A stretch of DNA of 64,000 nt, from contig OX597823.1 of assembly GCA_951406725.2 (NCBI GenBank), positions 77,066,001 through 77,130,000 of the forward strand. The letters run 5' to 3'. The position numbers and the translations under genes were made by a program. This document shows positions 1 to 12,115 of the stretch, piece by piece. Source of the DNA: Octopus vulgaris. Lineage: Eukaryota. How positions within the stretch are numbered: position 1 is the first letter of the stretch; every line of letters starts with the position of its first letter. Below the pieces are notes generated by a model. The model saw only the letters and a program-made list of their open reading frames with translations, searched no databases and had not been told where the DNA came from.

Positions 1-300
1 TACAGCACTTTTCTCAAGGTAAAACAATAGTTTTCCTGTGACAGTTATATTTGCCAGATGCCTTAGCTAAGTAAAATGATGTCTTCGCTACTTGATCCTT
101 CTAACCTCTTCTATTTCACAAGTAGCTAGAATACAGTTATCACAGACCTACAACGAAATCTATTGTTCTCAATCAACGTAATTGGCTTTCACCCTTCCTT
201 CAAAAACTGTTGGCATTGTGCATAAGTTAGAAACAATTATTAGAAAATTACTATTTTAAATCTCACAGTGTGAGATATTCAGCAACAGTACTTTGTAGTA

Positions 301-517
301 AAGACTGTTTTCCAACATAACATTGCAGCCCCGGTCTAAGACGAATGCTGCTGTAATTTAGCCGCAAGGGACATCGTCTCCAGCTGGCTATATGACACGA
401 TCTGTAAAGACACAAATCGTGTCATATAGCCAGCTGGAGACGATGTCTCCTGGGGCTCAATTACAGAAACATTCGTCCTAGACCAGGACTGCCATGTTAT
501 GTTGGAAAACAATCTTT
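301..517. repeat. ~217-bp imperfect palindrome made of two inverted copies of a LINE-type 3' UTR
   Basis: 301-402 is the reverse complement of ~416-517 (e.g. gacatcgtctccagctggctatatgacacgat / atcgtgtcatatagccagctggagacgatgtc). The arm aligns by eye to the 3' UTR of the R4-like LINE at 58185-58280. Confidence 0.85.
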
Positions 518-799
518 TCTGCAATTATTATTAGTTTGAAAATAATTCTTTGGGAAATGATTAGTAGAATCTAGGGAGTTGGCCAAAATGCTTTGTGCTA
601 TTCTTACAATTGTTCACATTCTCACTTCATAAGAAACTAAGATCAGTTTTCATGATCTGTAATAGACTGTGACCTTCAAAGTTCCTTCTACCACATGTAC
701 AATCATTGTGAAATATACAGACTCATCTACAAACACTTCAGAACACTATTATAACATCATTGCTATTGTCACCCAACACACATGATCATGGATGAACTA

Positions 800-940
800 A
801 TGAGAAAGTCTGTATACGGTTTCTTGACCTCCTAGAAATAGCAGCCAAATCTTCAAATCAGAAGTTCCCATTGAACAATATTGTCACTGATGTGCATACA
901 AGGATGGTCATAGATCAAACATCTTCCATCAAGAGTTGCT
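800..940. repeat. Old dispersed repeat (ctagaaatagcagccaaat family), unclassified
   Basis: Motif ctagaaatagcarccaaat here and near 18635, and in reverse near 28475, 34170 and 52900. A related segment lies at 4410-4610. Confidence 0.5.
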
Positions 941-1272
941 TTATGAATAAGATCGTACATGGGTTATGACATAACAGTGTACTGTGCATAACTTGGACAG
1001 AAGCTGAAAGTTAGAGGCTTTCCAATAATCTGTGATGAGAGAGCAAAGGTGAGATGTGCTCCTAATTTTAAAGCATGTTTTAGTGTGAATCAGGGTGCTG
1101 TTGACGAAAAGTGCATTCAGAATGAGAGCAATGCCTTTACATTCACCAATGCAGAAAAGAATCAAACCTGGAAATTTTACTACAAGAGATTGCTGAATGG
1201 TTATGCATAAGGAAAAGAGGGACCCTCTGAAGTAAACCCAACTAAGGGACTAAATATTGAAGTGGACAGCTG

Positions 1273-1673
1273 TACTCTTTTACTCTTTTACTTGTTTCAG
1301 TCATATGACAGTGGCCTTGCTGGAGCACTGCCTTTAGTCGAACAAATCAACCCCAGGACTTATCCTTTGCAAGCCTAGTACTTATTCTATCGGTCTCTTT
1401 TGCTGAACTGCTAAGTTATGGGGACGTAAACACACAAGCATCAGTTGTCAAGTGATGTTGGGGGAACAAACACAAACACACATATATATGTATGCATATA
1501 CATATATACAACGGGCTTCTTTCAGTTTCTGTCTACCAAATCCACTCACAAGGCTTTCGTCAGCCTGGGGCTATAGTAGAAGACACTTGCCCAAGGTGCC
1601 ACGCAGTGGGACTGAACCCAAAACTATGTGGTTGGTAAGCAAGCTACTTACCACACAGCCACTCCTGCGCCTA
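1273..1673 (-). mobile_element. SINE family A (tRNA-derived, CORE-like), full length
   Basis: Reverse complement reads ggcgcaggagtggctgtgtggtaag...gggttcagtccc (A/B-box-like), ccttgggcaagtgtcttct core, internal (TA/TG)n and (gtaaaaga)n tail. More than 12 homologous copies in the window. Confidence 0.9.
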
Positions 1674-1789
1674 TAATATCCAAAATATCAACAACAACAA
1701 AAAAAAGAAGTCTATTACTCAGATGACCACTTGGGTAGTTCAGTAATAAATGAATCATAATAATTACTGTAGCAGTATCATCATCAGCT

Positions 1790-2230
1790 GTTACAGAGAC
1801 AAAAGAAATGCTCTGGAAAGAAGCAATTACAGAAGTATCAATCTGATGGACCAAGTTGCAGAAGAGATTTCTATTACAACTGATTTGGAAGAGAATTAAT
1901 TTACATAAGATGCTGTTCATGTCTGTGCTTGGACAGTGTATCACTCATTGATACACTGAGCTCTGTTCTGTGAGACAACAACAAAGGAAGTTCTGCACTA
2001 AGTGCAAGCATCTACACCTAACATTCTTGATCTGAAGAAAGCTTTTCATGGGGTACCACACAGTGCAGCTAGTTTGGTCCTATTTTCAGCAGCCAAATTC
2101 CTTCACTAGGCAGCAGTATCGAAGTTGTGGTCAGAATAAATGTTCCAGATGAGTTTGAAATCAAGTGTTCACATCTTTACAGATATTCCCTCTCGTCTCT
2201 CTTGTACATTTTTCAGTGTTGATGGTAGAG
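1790..2230 (+). pseudogene. Highly decayed RTE-type reverse transcriptase fragment
   Basis: ~2010-2065 translates LHLTFLDLKKAFHGVPHS, matching the non-LTR RT motif FLDLEKAFDRVP; frameshifts and stops around it. Confidence 0.55.
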
Positions 2231-2379
2231 GAAGACAGTGTTAGTTAGTATATGCCATGAAGGTATCAGATACAACAAAAAATCAAGGTAGTTGATATTA
2301 TTATTTTAAGACGTACTGAAGTATAAGTTAATAACAGAAGCACATATTTACCAGATCAATTTATTGTGCTGGCTTGCTG

Positions 2380-2740
2380 GCTGGCTGGCACCTGGAGAGG
2401 CTGGTCAGTGCTTTCAAGCATTGTGGTTTGTTAGACAATTAGCTCTCTCAAGGCACTAGTAGGCTTGTTTGATCTAGATGTCCAAGTGGTTAAGATCTGG
2501 ATTAAGATTACAAGCGGGGTCGCCAGTTTGTCTAGAATTGTGCTGGATGGAAGCTGTCTGTAAATGGCCAGCCAGAAGTGATGAATACATGTATTCTCTT
2601 TGCAGGTTTTTGCAGCATGGAGAGCGGGCAACTTCCAGAAATGTTTGGCTTAGCCATGCTATATCACCATTCCAGGATAAATTCAATATATGTCAGATTT
2701 GTCTGAGACACACTCAGAATGATGAAATCATTTTGTACCC
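2380..2740 (+). pseudogene. Decayed Tx1-like LINE ORF2 C-terminal fragment
   Basis: SPFQDKFNICQICLRHTQNDEIILY resembles LPVQDK...CLRCVQSDKTILY of the Tx1-like element at 59420-59520. Confidence 0.4.
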
Positions 2741-2744
2741 ATAT

Positions 2745-3158
2745 AGGCATAGGAGTGGCTGTGTGGTAAGTATCTTGCTTACGAACCACAAGGTTCCGGG
2801 TTCAGTCCCAATGTGGCACCTTGGGCAAGTGTCTTCTACTATAGCATCAGGTCGACCAAAGCTTTATGAGTGGATTTGGTAGATGGAAACTGAAAGAAGC
2901 CTGTCGTATATATGTATGTATATGTATATGTGAGTGTGTGTATGTGTTTATGTGTCTGTGTTTGTCCCTCCAACATCGCTTGACAACTGATGCTGGTGTG
3001 TTTATGTCCCTGTATCTTAGCAGTTCAGCAAAAGAGACCAATATAATAAGTACTAGTCTTACAAAGAATACATTCTGGGGTTGATTTGCTCGACTAAAGG
3101 CAGTGCTCCATCATGGCTGCAGTCAAATGACTGAAACAAGTAAAAGAGTAAAAGTGTA
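2745..3158 (+). mobile_element. SINE family A, full length
   Basis: Same head, core, internal microsatellite and tail as 1273-1673. Confidence 0.9.
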
Positions 3159-3547
3159 AAAGATTCATTCAGCTTCTAAGCAGTGTAGTCTGATATTATG
3201 TCAAACATTCATCATTGCAAGTAGGATGGATGTAGCTATTCCATTGCAAAGATCTTTTATCATCTTCCTAGGACCAAAAGCGAGTAAACCATTTCCCTCT
3301 GTTTGTAATGGCAAATGAGATTGTATAATTGACAAAACTGAAAGGATCTAAGATAGTTATTTTGCACTTGACCAAACCCTCATTAAGTTCAAGTTCTGCT
3401 TCAAAAGGAAAGTGGACATAACTGGCTAGAGTGGCCCAAGTGAATTGGGCCAGCATTCAGTAAATGTCTACAAGCTGGAAAACATGACTGGAAGGAGACC
3501 CTTGCCCTTGGTATTCAGAGTAATCCGTAGTCTGTAGGGTTCTTTAA

Positions 3548-3773
3548 TTCTTTAGCATTCAGATTATTCTACCAAATGCAATGCTGCTGATCTATTCACA
3601 TTGTTTTGTATTAATCAGGGATTATCTTGTAGCTTAAAGATTTCAATAATATGATTATCTAGTTTTAGAACAACGTTATTATAGAGTAGATGTGAGAGCT
3701 TTGATCAGTCTAATTTGAACGTTAAACATTTGGAATATTTTGGCTGGAAACAGCCAGTTTAAATGCTAAAGGG
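3548..3773. mobile_element. piggyBac-like MITE (TTAA target)
   Basis: TTAA at 3544-3547 and 3774-3777; TIRs ttctttagcatt / aatgctaaaggg; a related copy lies at 61632-62500. Confidence 0.7.
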
Positions 3774-5008
3774 TTAATTGGCTCTAGGGGACTGTCCCCT
3801 ATTAGAACATTTCATTCTACTCCTAATTTATACTTTTGTTTTGCATGACTATGTCCATAATCGGTTCTTTAAAATTCATACCATTTTGTAATTTACATTG
3901 TAATATTCCCACATCATTTGCCCTAGTGGCAAGTAACAGAAATCAGTTGTTGTTACTACTTCTATTTTCCTTCATTCCTTCTCTTTCCTTTTCTCATTTT
4001 CTTTCCATCTTTCTTATTTTCTATTTCCTCTTTTCTTCACATATTTCATATAACAGGAAATCAATAGAGAGAAAACTATTGGTTCCCATTTCGTATTTCA
4101 GACACAAGGCGTTAAATCTTTTAAGTAAGTATGACCCCCGCCTGCCAAACTAAATGAATAAAGAGACATTGCATGCATTAACTTAACAACAAGTATTTCA
4201 TTTTATATAAATATTAAACTAAGAGACACAATTCGTACAGATTTTCAATATGGAAGAGATAAGTAAATGTAAGCAGACACACAAAAGCAACTTTCAGATA
4301 AGATATTCTGTGCGTCTGAATAATAGACTGGAAACTGCATATAAACATCAAACAGTCTTTGGACAAAATTTTTCTTTCTATTCATCTTTTATTTCTTGAT
4401 GTTGGTGTTTTGCACAAAGTCAGCCCCGATCAAATAGAGCTGTTATCAAAGGCATTCCAGCTGTGACCATCCTGTCTTTTATTCATAGAGTTTCTAAGAC
4501 TTATAGTATCCAAAGTGTTATATATTCTTTTAGTCGCAGTTGGGTGTGGTTTGAAGAATATTTCTAACAGGTTGGGTAACCCCATAGAGACTCCTTTGTT
4601 GATTACTGCTATTGCTGCAGGTGTGATTTCTAAATTTTATTTTACACTAGAGTTGCAATGTTGCAAATACAATATTTTTAATGCTAAATCTAGCAATTTT
4701 CTATATTGTTTGTTGTGGAATTTAAAGCACCTAGCAGGAAAAGTAACATTTTTTTTTCAAACACCTTTTTAAACACTTTTAGTATTAAATATCATCATCA
4801 TTACGATTTTACATTTGTTTTCCATGTTGGCATGAGAAGAATGGTACAACAGGATCTGGTAAGTCAAAGGACAAATTCATGTTCCAACATCTCAATTATG
4901 GTATTGTTTCTATAGGTGGATGCTCTTCCAGATGCCAACCAATTCATTGAATATTTCAGATACCCATTCTGTGGCACTAGCAAAGTTGCTTTCCTAGTAA
5001 GCCTGAAG

Positions 5009-5048
<40 letters not shown>

Positions 5049-5309
5049 AGGAGAATAAAGGGAAAATAAAGAGATAATGAGAGAGAGAGAGAGAGATAAG
5101 ATGAAGATGAGGTTGTGAAGATGTGAGAAGAGAACAGTGAGTGAAACAGGCAAAGATGAGGAGGCAGCGGATGAATCCATAAGAACACTGAGCGAAAGAT
5201 GAGAAAGTGGGGAGCAAAGTGCGGCTGGAGCGAAAATAGCTAAACACCAACAATATACAGACATGAGTGTGCGTGTGTATGTGTGTGTGTGTGTGTGTCT
5301 TTGTATTGA

Positions 5310-5585
5310 GGCATTAAAAAGCCATCAGCACAGTCATTTTACCAATGAATTAAAAAGGTGTCAGATTTGTGGAAAGGAGTGTGCCCCCTCAGGAGTCCTC
5401 AAGCACCATGTGAAAATGCCCAAGAGCAATGAATCACAAAAGAGCTCCAATGGCATTTGCACTTGTCAGCTGTGTGGTAAAGAATGTAGATCTTTAGATG
5501 GACCGAAAAGTCACAGATGAGCATTGCATGTGTAGGGCTTTCGATCAGGTGATGGTAATACTTGAACACAAATTTGCAGCCATCA
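5310..5585 (+). pseudogene. RTE-clade LINE 3' end with C-terminal C2H2-like zinc fingers
   Basis: CQICGKECAPSGVLKHH and CQLCGKECRSLDGPKSH, then stop, short UTR and (TATG)n tail; no TGEKP linkers. Confidence 0.55.
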
Positions 5586-5868
5586 TGAATGTGTGTATGT
5601 ATGCATGCATACATGTATGCATGCATGTATGTATGTCTCTTTTATTTTTTAATTATTATAAATCTTCCACTGAGGAGGGAGCCGGTTTCCAACAAAGATA
5701 CAAAGGCTCCATCTTTGGGATGTAGTTAACACAGACAAATTCACATTTGGAACTTGAGAAAAGTCTTGCATATTTTTACTGTTCCACTCACAGATTGCAC
5801 TTGTAATATACAAATAAGCCGGCTGATTTCTTTTTCTGAAAATCCTAGTTTATCCAGATTCCTCTTTA

Positions 5869-6131
5869 ATGTATGTATGTATGTATGTATGTGTGTATGT
5901 ATGTGTGTATGTATGTGTGTATGTATGTGTATGTATGTGTATGTATGTGTGTATGTATGTATGTGAGTGTATAGATGTATGTGTGCATACATGCATGTGT
6001 CTATGTGTACATGCATGTCTTGTGTATGTATGTATGTGTACATGTGCATATTTGTGTGCATGTGTGTGTGTGAGTTTGTGTGTATGTATGCACGTATGAG
6101 TGTATATGTGTGTGTATGTATGTATGTATGT
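5869..6131. repeat. Compound (TATG/TG)n microsatellite
   Basis: Directly visible. Confidence 0.95.
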
Positions 6132-6354
6132 AGTGGAAGTCAATTTGTGATTGAGTAAGACCACTTTCTAATGTCTGTAATCTCATGCAAATGTTCCAAG
6201 AGTCCAAAACGCTTCCATGCATTGAATTTGTTTTGAGTGGATAAGGATTTGCACAACACTGAACCTACTTCTCAATGCAATCGGCTACAAAACCAATGAC
6301 ACAACAAAGACTGAGACAACCAGAAACAAACTGTACTTCAGATTTTTATTATAT

Positions 6355-6524
6355 AGGCATAGGAGCGGCTGTGTGGTAAGTAGCTTGATTACCAGCCACA
6401 TGGTTCTGGGTTCGGTCCTACTGTGTGGGACCTTGAGCAAGTGTCTTCTACTATAGCATCAGGCTCACCAAAGCTTTGTGAGTGGATTTGGTAGATAGAA
6501 ACTAAAAGAAGCCTGTCGTATATA

Positions 6525-6571
<47 letters not shown>

Positions 6572-6629
6572 GTGTGTATGTGTTTGTGTGTCTGTGTTTG
6601 TTCCCCCAACATTGCTTGATAACCGATGC
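6355..6629 (+). mobile_element. SINE family A, 3'-truncated
   Basis: Head, core and internal (TA)n present; homology stops after aaccgatgc. Confidence 0.85.
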
Positions 6630-8431
6630 CTTGGATCATGTAAATAAGTCTCTCTCATAGCACTAGGGGGGACCCCTCCATGTCAAAATAGTAGAGGAGT
6701 AGGGGCCAAAACTGGACATGGTTCCTCCTGATGATATCTTGAGCTAACTGGATCCTATAAAGGAGCTGTTGTGGTAGCAGACTACGAAACATGGTTGAAA
6801 TTCCTTGGGTGGGCATATTTATATTTCTCTACATAACCAGTTTATTTAATGGTTCGACCGCTTTCTGTACAAGGTAGGAAAGATATTAAAATAATTTGCT
6901 TTCTAGTGTAAAACAAGTTTTCAAGCCAAAAGCATTGATACTCGCCAGCTTCCAGTGATTCTTATTACATGACACAATTTTTCAGTAAATTGTCACTAAT
7001 TGAAGTTGAGAGTTTTCAACTTTTATTTATTTATTTATTTCATTTATTTTCTTTTATTTATTCATTTTAACAGTAACCATTTTAAAGAAATTATAAAAAG
7101 AATCGCATGCTATGCCAACAGTTAGTAAATGGTTGTATGGAGTTCCTGCTGATTCATCTAAAGTACACTGCATGTTTTGTGATGTCATAGCAAACTATTT
7201 TGTTGGCAAGCCGTTGCCAATTAAAAGAAAAAACAGCATAAGACACTAGATCCATTTAAAGCAATTATTGTTACCAATTGTTTTTTTAAATGAAAACGAG
7301 ATGAGACCTCAGCACTTACAGCAAACACAGCGATGTGTATTTGCTCTTCCTTTAATAGTTGCGGATCATTTAGTAAATTTGTGCTAAAATAAAATACCTA
7401 ACTGTGAAACTGTTTTCAAAGTAAAGATGCTTCATAGAAAATGTGAAAATAGTGTAAATAATGTACTAGCACCACACTGTGATGAAAATTTGATTTCTGA
7501 TACATAGAATGTGAAAATTCAGTCTTCTATTAAATGTATCCAATAATATCACAGTTGACAAACTTCTTGGAATGGATATAATATACTTCAATAGCAATTA
7601 CAAAAAAAGCTATGTATACGTATCTTGATTTGGTATTTTAGTTTTCTGAAAGGTGTTCTGCAGATGGTGTCGTAAATGCTTAAAAAAAAAAAGGAAAAAA
7701 AAACAAACAAACAAACAAACAAACAAAACTTAGAGGAAAAGGAATAAAAGCTGGAAAATCTATTGCTTATTGGAACTGATAACGCTAGGAGTTAAAAGTG
7801 GTATCAGTCACAAATTAACTGTTCTAACCATTATTTCTCTTTAGGTGTTTCATTCTTTGAAATTGGCAATAACCATATATGTGCTGAATGTCTGTCACTA
7901 GAAACTTCAAAATTTTTGGTAATAGAAACTTGTAAGTGGTCTTCTCACTTCTTCAGTTAGATAAGCATCTGATAAGCAGTTGTACTTTGCTATTAATGAA
8001 AAAGAACCACTAAAGATTTCAAACAGACGTGCAAGAAGATGGTTATCTACTAAAGTTGTCGTGAATAGAATTTGAATCAATGGCTAAATTCAAATCCACT
8101 TTAAAATGATGAGCACGGGAGGTGAGTACTTTATTAAAGAACTGTTATATATGAAATTTATCTGAATGTAAGAATATGCTTTATTCTTAAATCCTGTCTC
8201 AGAGTATGTTCAAGAAGTTTGATAATTATATTGAATAAAGAATGGCGAATAAACCAATGCTTCTCTACAAATCTTTCTCATTTACCCAAAGCAATTGTAA
8301 ATATTTTAGAACTTGTAAGAAGTGGACTAAATCCCTTTGATCCTAATTCTAAACTGAAAATGTTTTCTTTAGAAAAGTTTTTCAATTTAGAATTTTGGCT
8401 ACAGTTTTGAGAGAAAAATATCAGAAATGAT

Positions 8432-8711
8432 TTCGTTTCTGGATTTGGTTTGCAAGATTCTTTATATGAGTCCGTGCATGGAAGCATATTCTGTTGTGCC
8501 TGGGGAGAGTCATTTTCTTTTTGTGCCTTATACTCACCGGTAAAATTTCCCCTTATTTCTCAATAGTCTTGAGAGTCAAGACGATTGGAAAGTTTGCAAG
8601 GTGCAATGAAAATTTTAGAAAATAAAAATAAGAAATAAGTGGAAATTTTAACGGTGAGTGTGTTACATTATAATGCACAAAAAGAGAATGACTCTCCCCA
8701 GACACAACAGA
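8432..8711. mobile_element. Asymmetric fold-back insertion (Penelope-type), copy 1
   Basis: Inverted arms share attctgttgtgyctggggagagtcatt...; 12-bp direct repeat atcagaaatgat at 8420-8431 and 8712-8723. Confidence 0.75.
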
Positions 8712-8805
8712 ATCAGAAATGATGTTCAAGAAAATAAAATCTGATGAAGGGGAAAATATTAAGCAAAGATTGAGAAATGTTTTCTGACATAACATACTGT
8801 TCATA

Positions 8806-9020
8806 TTTCGTTTTTGGATTTGGTTTGCAAGATTCTTTATATGAGTTCGTGTGTTGAAGCATATTCTGTTGTGTCTGGGGAGAGTCATTTTCTTTTTGTG
8901 CCTTATTATGTAACACACTCACCAGTAAAATTTCCACTTAAAAAAAAATAAAAATTTTACCAGTGAGTGTGTTACATTATGAGGCACAAAAAGAAAATGA
9001 CTCTCCCCAGACACAACAGA
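8806..9020. mobile_element. Asymmetric fold-back insertion (Penelope-type), copy 2
   Basis: Same family as 8432-8711; 12-bp direct repeat atactgttcata at 8794-8805 and 9021-9032. Confidence 0.75.
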
Positions 9021-10123
9021 ATACTGTTCATACTTTTACTTTTACGCATTTCAGCCATGCTGGAGCACTGCCATTGATTGAAGAGTATTTAAAAATATTA
9101 AATGTTTTCCTGGAGAAAATATTTCGAAACATGTATACAGGAATGAATTATTCCACTTTTCGATTTGCTGAATTTAAATAAATTTAAATACTTATAACAT
9201 AGCAAGAGTTGAATTTCAATATAATTGTATTCATTTGTTTATATGAACCAACACGACCAGTACAGAAACATTTTAGAAGAAACTTTTTTATTACAAAAAT
9301 GCTAATGGAAAAAATCCCTTTAGCAATGTTGCAGCATCTGTTGTTAATCTCTTAATATTACCTAATTCAGATGCCAAGGTAGAAAGATTATTCAGCAGCA
9401 TGAATGTTATCAAAACAGAATTGAGAAATAAGAGGCAACTTCCGATGCTTGGAGCTGTTCTCTCAGTAAAATATGGCCTGGAACGATAAGATAAATGCTG
9501 CGAAGATTATTGTTTACCTGAAGCAACACTAAATAAAATTACTAAAGAATTGATTTCTACATTTCTTTTTAAATAAAGTAACTATTATTATTTCTTCTTA
9601 TTTAGCATTTTTAAAACTTTTTTTGAAACAGTCTAGCATTAAATAGTAATTTTCATTTGCCAACATGATAATTGTGTTGAGAACCAGATTAATAATGTAA
9701 CAAAAGTAGCCAGCTCCATTCTAGATGCTTTATTGCTATAGAAGTATACTAGCTTCAAGTTTTATGAACAAATAAGTTTCCAGTGTTGATTCTAAACTCA
9801 GAATACTTCCAAGATCCAAAACACTTTAAAATGACAAATAATAAAATGAAATTGAGAGACAATGGTAAATTGGTAGCCTTATTTAATTTTTGCTGGATGT
9901 TGCTTAATTGGTTTGACATTCCATTCTAGTTTGCAACAGTTGAGTTTAACTAACACTTTTCTTGAAAATAAGATTGATGGAATGAATCCGATTATTGCTA
10001 ACATACTGGAGTCACCCTAATTATCTAATGATTTCTTTTGTATATTAATATTAATGATTTGTTTTAAATAGTGACTTCTTTTACATACACACACACACAC
10101 ATACGCACATATTCTTGACACTT

Positions 10124-10260
10124 CGGTGGCATGCTGACAGAATAATTAGTACACCAGGTGAAAGTCTTAGTGACATTTCGTCCATCCTTATATTCTGAGT
10201 TCAAATTCCACCAAAGTTGACTTTGCCTTTCATCATTTTGGGGTCAATAAAATGAGTACA
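10124..10260 (+). mobile_element. SINE family B fragment
   Basis: ctgagttcaaattcc...gttgactttgcctttcatc...gtcaataaaatgagtac core. Confidence 0.75.
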
Positions 10261-11169
10261 TGTAAGTGATTTAACTGCTCCTGGGTAGGAGTATAAGAAC
10301 TGCACCCCTCTACCAAGCCATGTTGAGCTAGTGTGACAGAGCAGGCTCATCAAACTAGTATGACCCCAAGCTCAAATTCGCAGCCTGCATATCAGACTAT
10401 AGCTTGTGGTAAGTACATGTTGAGGACTTCTTCCTGCAGTGGACTGAATGTAAGCAATCCAGTCCAATCTCTACACGTTATTATGACAACATATTCCTTG
10501 ATATTGCTGAAATAGAATTTCTCTAAATTAAAAAAATTGTATTGCCAATCTTCAGGTGTAGATTATATGAACTTATTTTGCTATTTACATCGTATATTAA
10601 GACATGACAAACTAAAATTATATAACTAGAAGTTGTTGGAATAATTTTACTTTAGTAAATAGTGAAGAGAAATGTGAAATAAAAGTAGGAAAGAGAAATG
10701 TTAACTTATTTGTATGGTAATTTTCTCTCCACGAATTCAACATGCCTACTAGTAATCGTATAATCCAGGATTGAGAGCTACTATGTAGGGGAGATAATTC
10801 TTATTGACATTTAAAAGTTCTTAAAAGGTATTTTCTATTATTTATAATTACCATGTAAGGGAAGTGAATAATAATAAATCAGGAGAAGCCAGAAGTGTAT
10901 GATGGGAATAGTCTAATTTTTTTCTTGGTAAATTTATTTTATTTATATTTTAACTTTGATAAATAATAAATTTCTAGGTCAGTAAATAGGTAAACTGAAT
11001 TACTCAACATATAATTATGAAATATTTAAAATATTTAAAAAATTTTTGAAATAAGTAAAAGTCAGTAAAAATCTAATTTTTTATTATTTTTATAATTATA
11101 ATACAATTAATATATATATATCGATTAAACTATAATTCTTAAAATTGAGTTTCTAAATTAAGATTAAAA

Positions 11170-11263
11170 AGACACTTGCCAAGGTGCCACACAGTGGGAC
11201 TGAACCCAGAACCATGTGGTTGGTAAGTAAGCTACCTACCTACCACACAGCAACTCGCATCTA
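11170..11263 (-). mobile_element. SINE family A head fragment
   Basis: gacacttgccaaggtgccacacagtgggactgaaccc...ccacacagc. Confidence 0.8.
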
Positions 11264-11595
11264 AGTATTATGATTACATTTTTTTGATTTAAAATTAGGG
11301 TTTTATTTATTTTCTAAAGAGTGAAATATTATCTCATTAAATAGGCAATTCAGTTTATGTTTACATTTAATTTTTCGTTCCTTCTGGGTGTAGATTAGTC
11401 TTATTTTAGCTTTTAATACTTCCATAAATTCGTGTGTACATGAATGTAAAGTCCAAGAATGTAAAGTATATGATTTCAAATAAGAATTATAGGTATTAAT
11501 TTTGATAATTTTAATATTTAGTTCTATATGTACCTATCGTGAATAATGTCGTTCAATGATGACTGAGTTGCTTGAGGGGGATTCTGTACCTTAAA

Positions 11596-11630
<35 letters not shown>

Positions 11631-11636
<6 letters not shown>

Positions 11637-12078
11637 AAATCCGTTCTGTTTGTCTGCCTGTGTGTCTTCTAGGATCTCGGGCATCATCCATCCGATTGTG
11701 CTCAAATTTGATATGTAGATACCAACAATATCAGGGCGTATATAAGTCTTGACAAAGTTATAAAAATCGATTCCAGGTGAGAATGCGATCGATATAGCTG
11801 TGGGACTGGGCATTTGTACGTGCAAGTACATTAGCTGTTGCGATGTACTTACTTTAAACTCTTCGGTTGCATATTTGTGTGAATAAAATCGTTTTTCTTT
11901 GGAATAGAAAAAAGTCTATCTTTATCTCTTCTTTTGCTGGTGTCTCAAATTTAGGTTAAATCAGTGTTTCTCAAAGGGGAGGCCTGTGGGACGGTCGGAC
12001 GGACAAGTTGTTTTGAGAAAATTTGGTTTAAATGTTTGACAACTCAGCACTGTCCATTGGACGGGGGCGTTTTACTCG
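11631..12078 (+). mobile_element. Putative non-autonomous Helitron-like element in (TA)n
   Basis: 5' tatataaaa followed by a ctgtttgtctg block; 3' hairpin tgtcc-att-ggacg then ttactcg|t; flanked by (TA)n. The terminus is CTCG rather than canonical CTRR. Confidence 0.5.
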
Positions 12079-12115
12079 TATATATATATATATATATATA
12101 TATACATGCATATAT

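Larger units (their letters stand above)
7090..9560 (+). pseudogene. Decayed hAT-superfamily transposase (interrupted by two insertions)
   Basis: KWLYGVPADSSKVHCMFC (BED-like, ~7125); LLIGTDNA (~7765); PLKISNRRARRWLS (~8010, TRWLS-like); 9301-9480 KNPFSNVAASVVNLLILPNSDAKVERLFSSMNVIKTELRN (hAT C-terminal dimerisation motif). Many stops and frameshifts. Confidence 0.85.

Noticed and set aside
5741-6222. YI/HT/VC/MYVC-rich ORFs here and at 17632-18302, 20806-22272, 34426-34863, 39153-39841 and 63000-63377
   Set aside because: Translations of di- and tetranucleotide microsatellites.
6723-6800. CTGATGA...GAAACATGGTT possible hammerhead
   Set aside because: About 50 nt between boxes, no stem II closing next to CTGATGA, and only a 2-bp stem I.
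10261-10491. Possible solo LTR (TG...CA with a TATA-like motif)
   Set aside because: No TSD, PBS or PPT, and no second copy.
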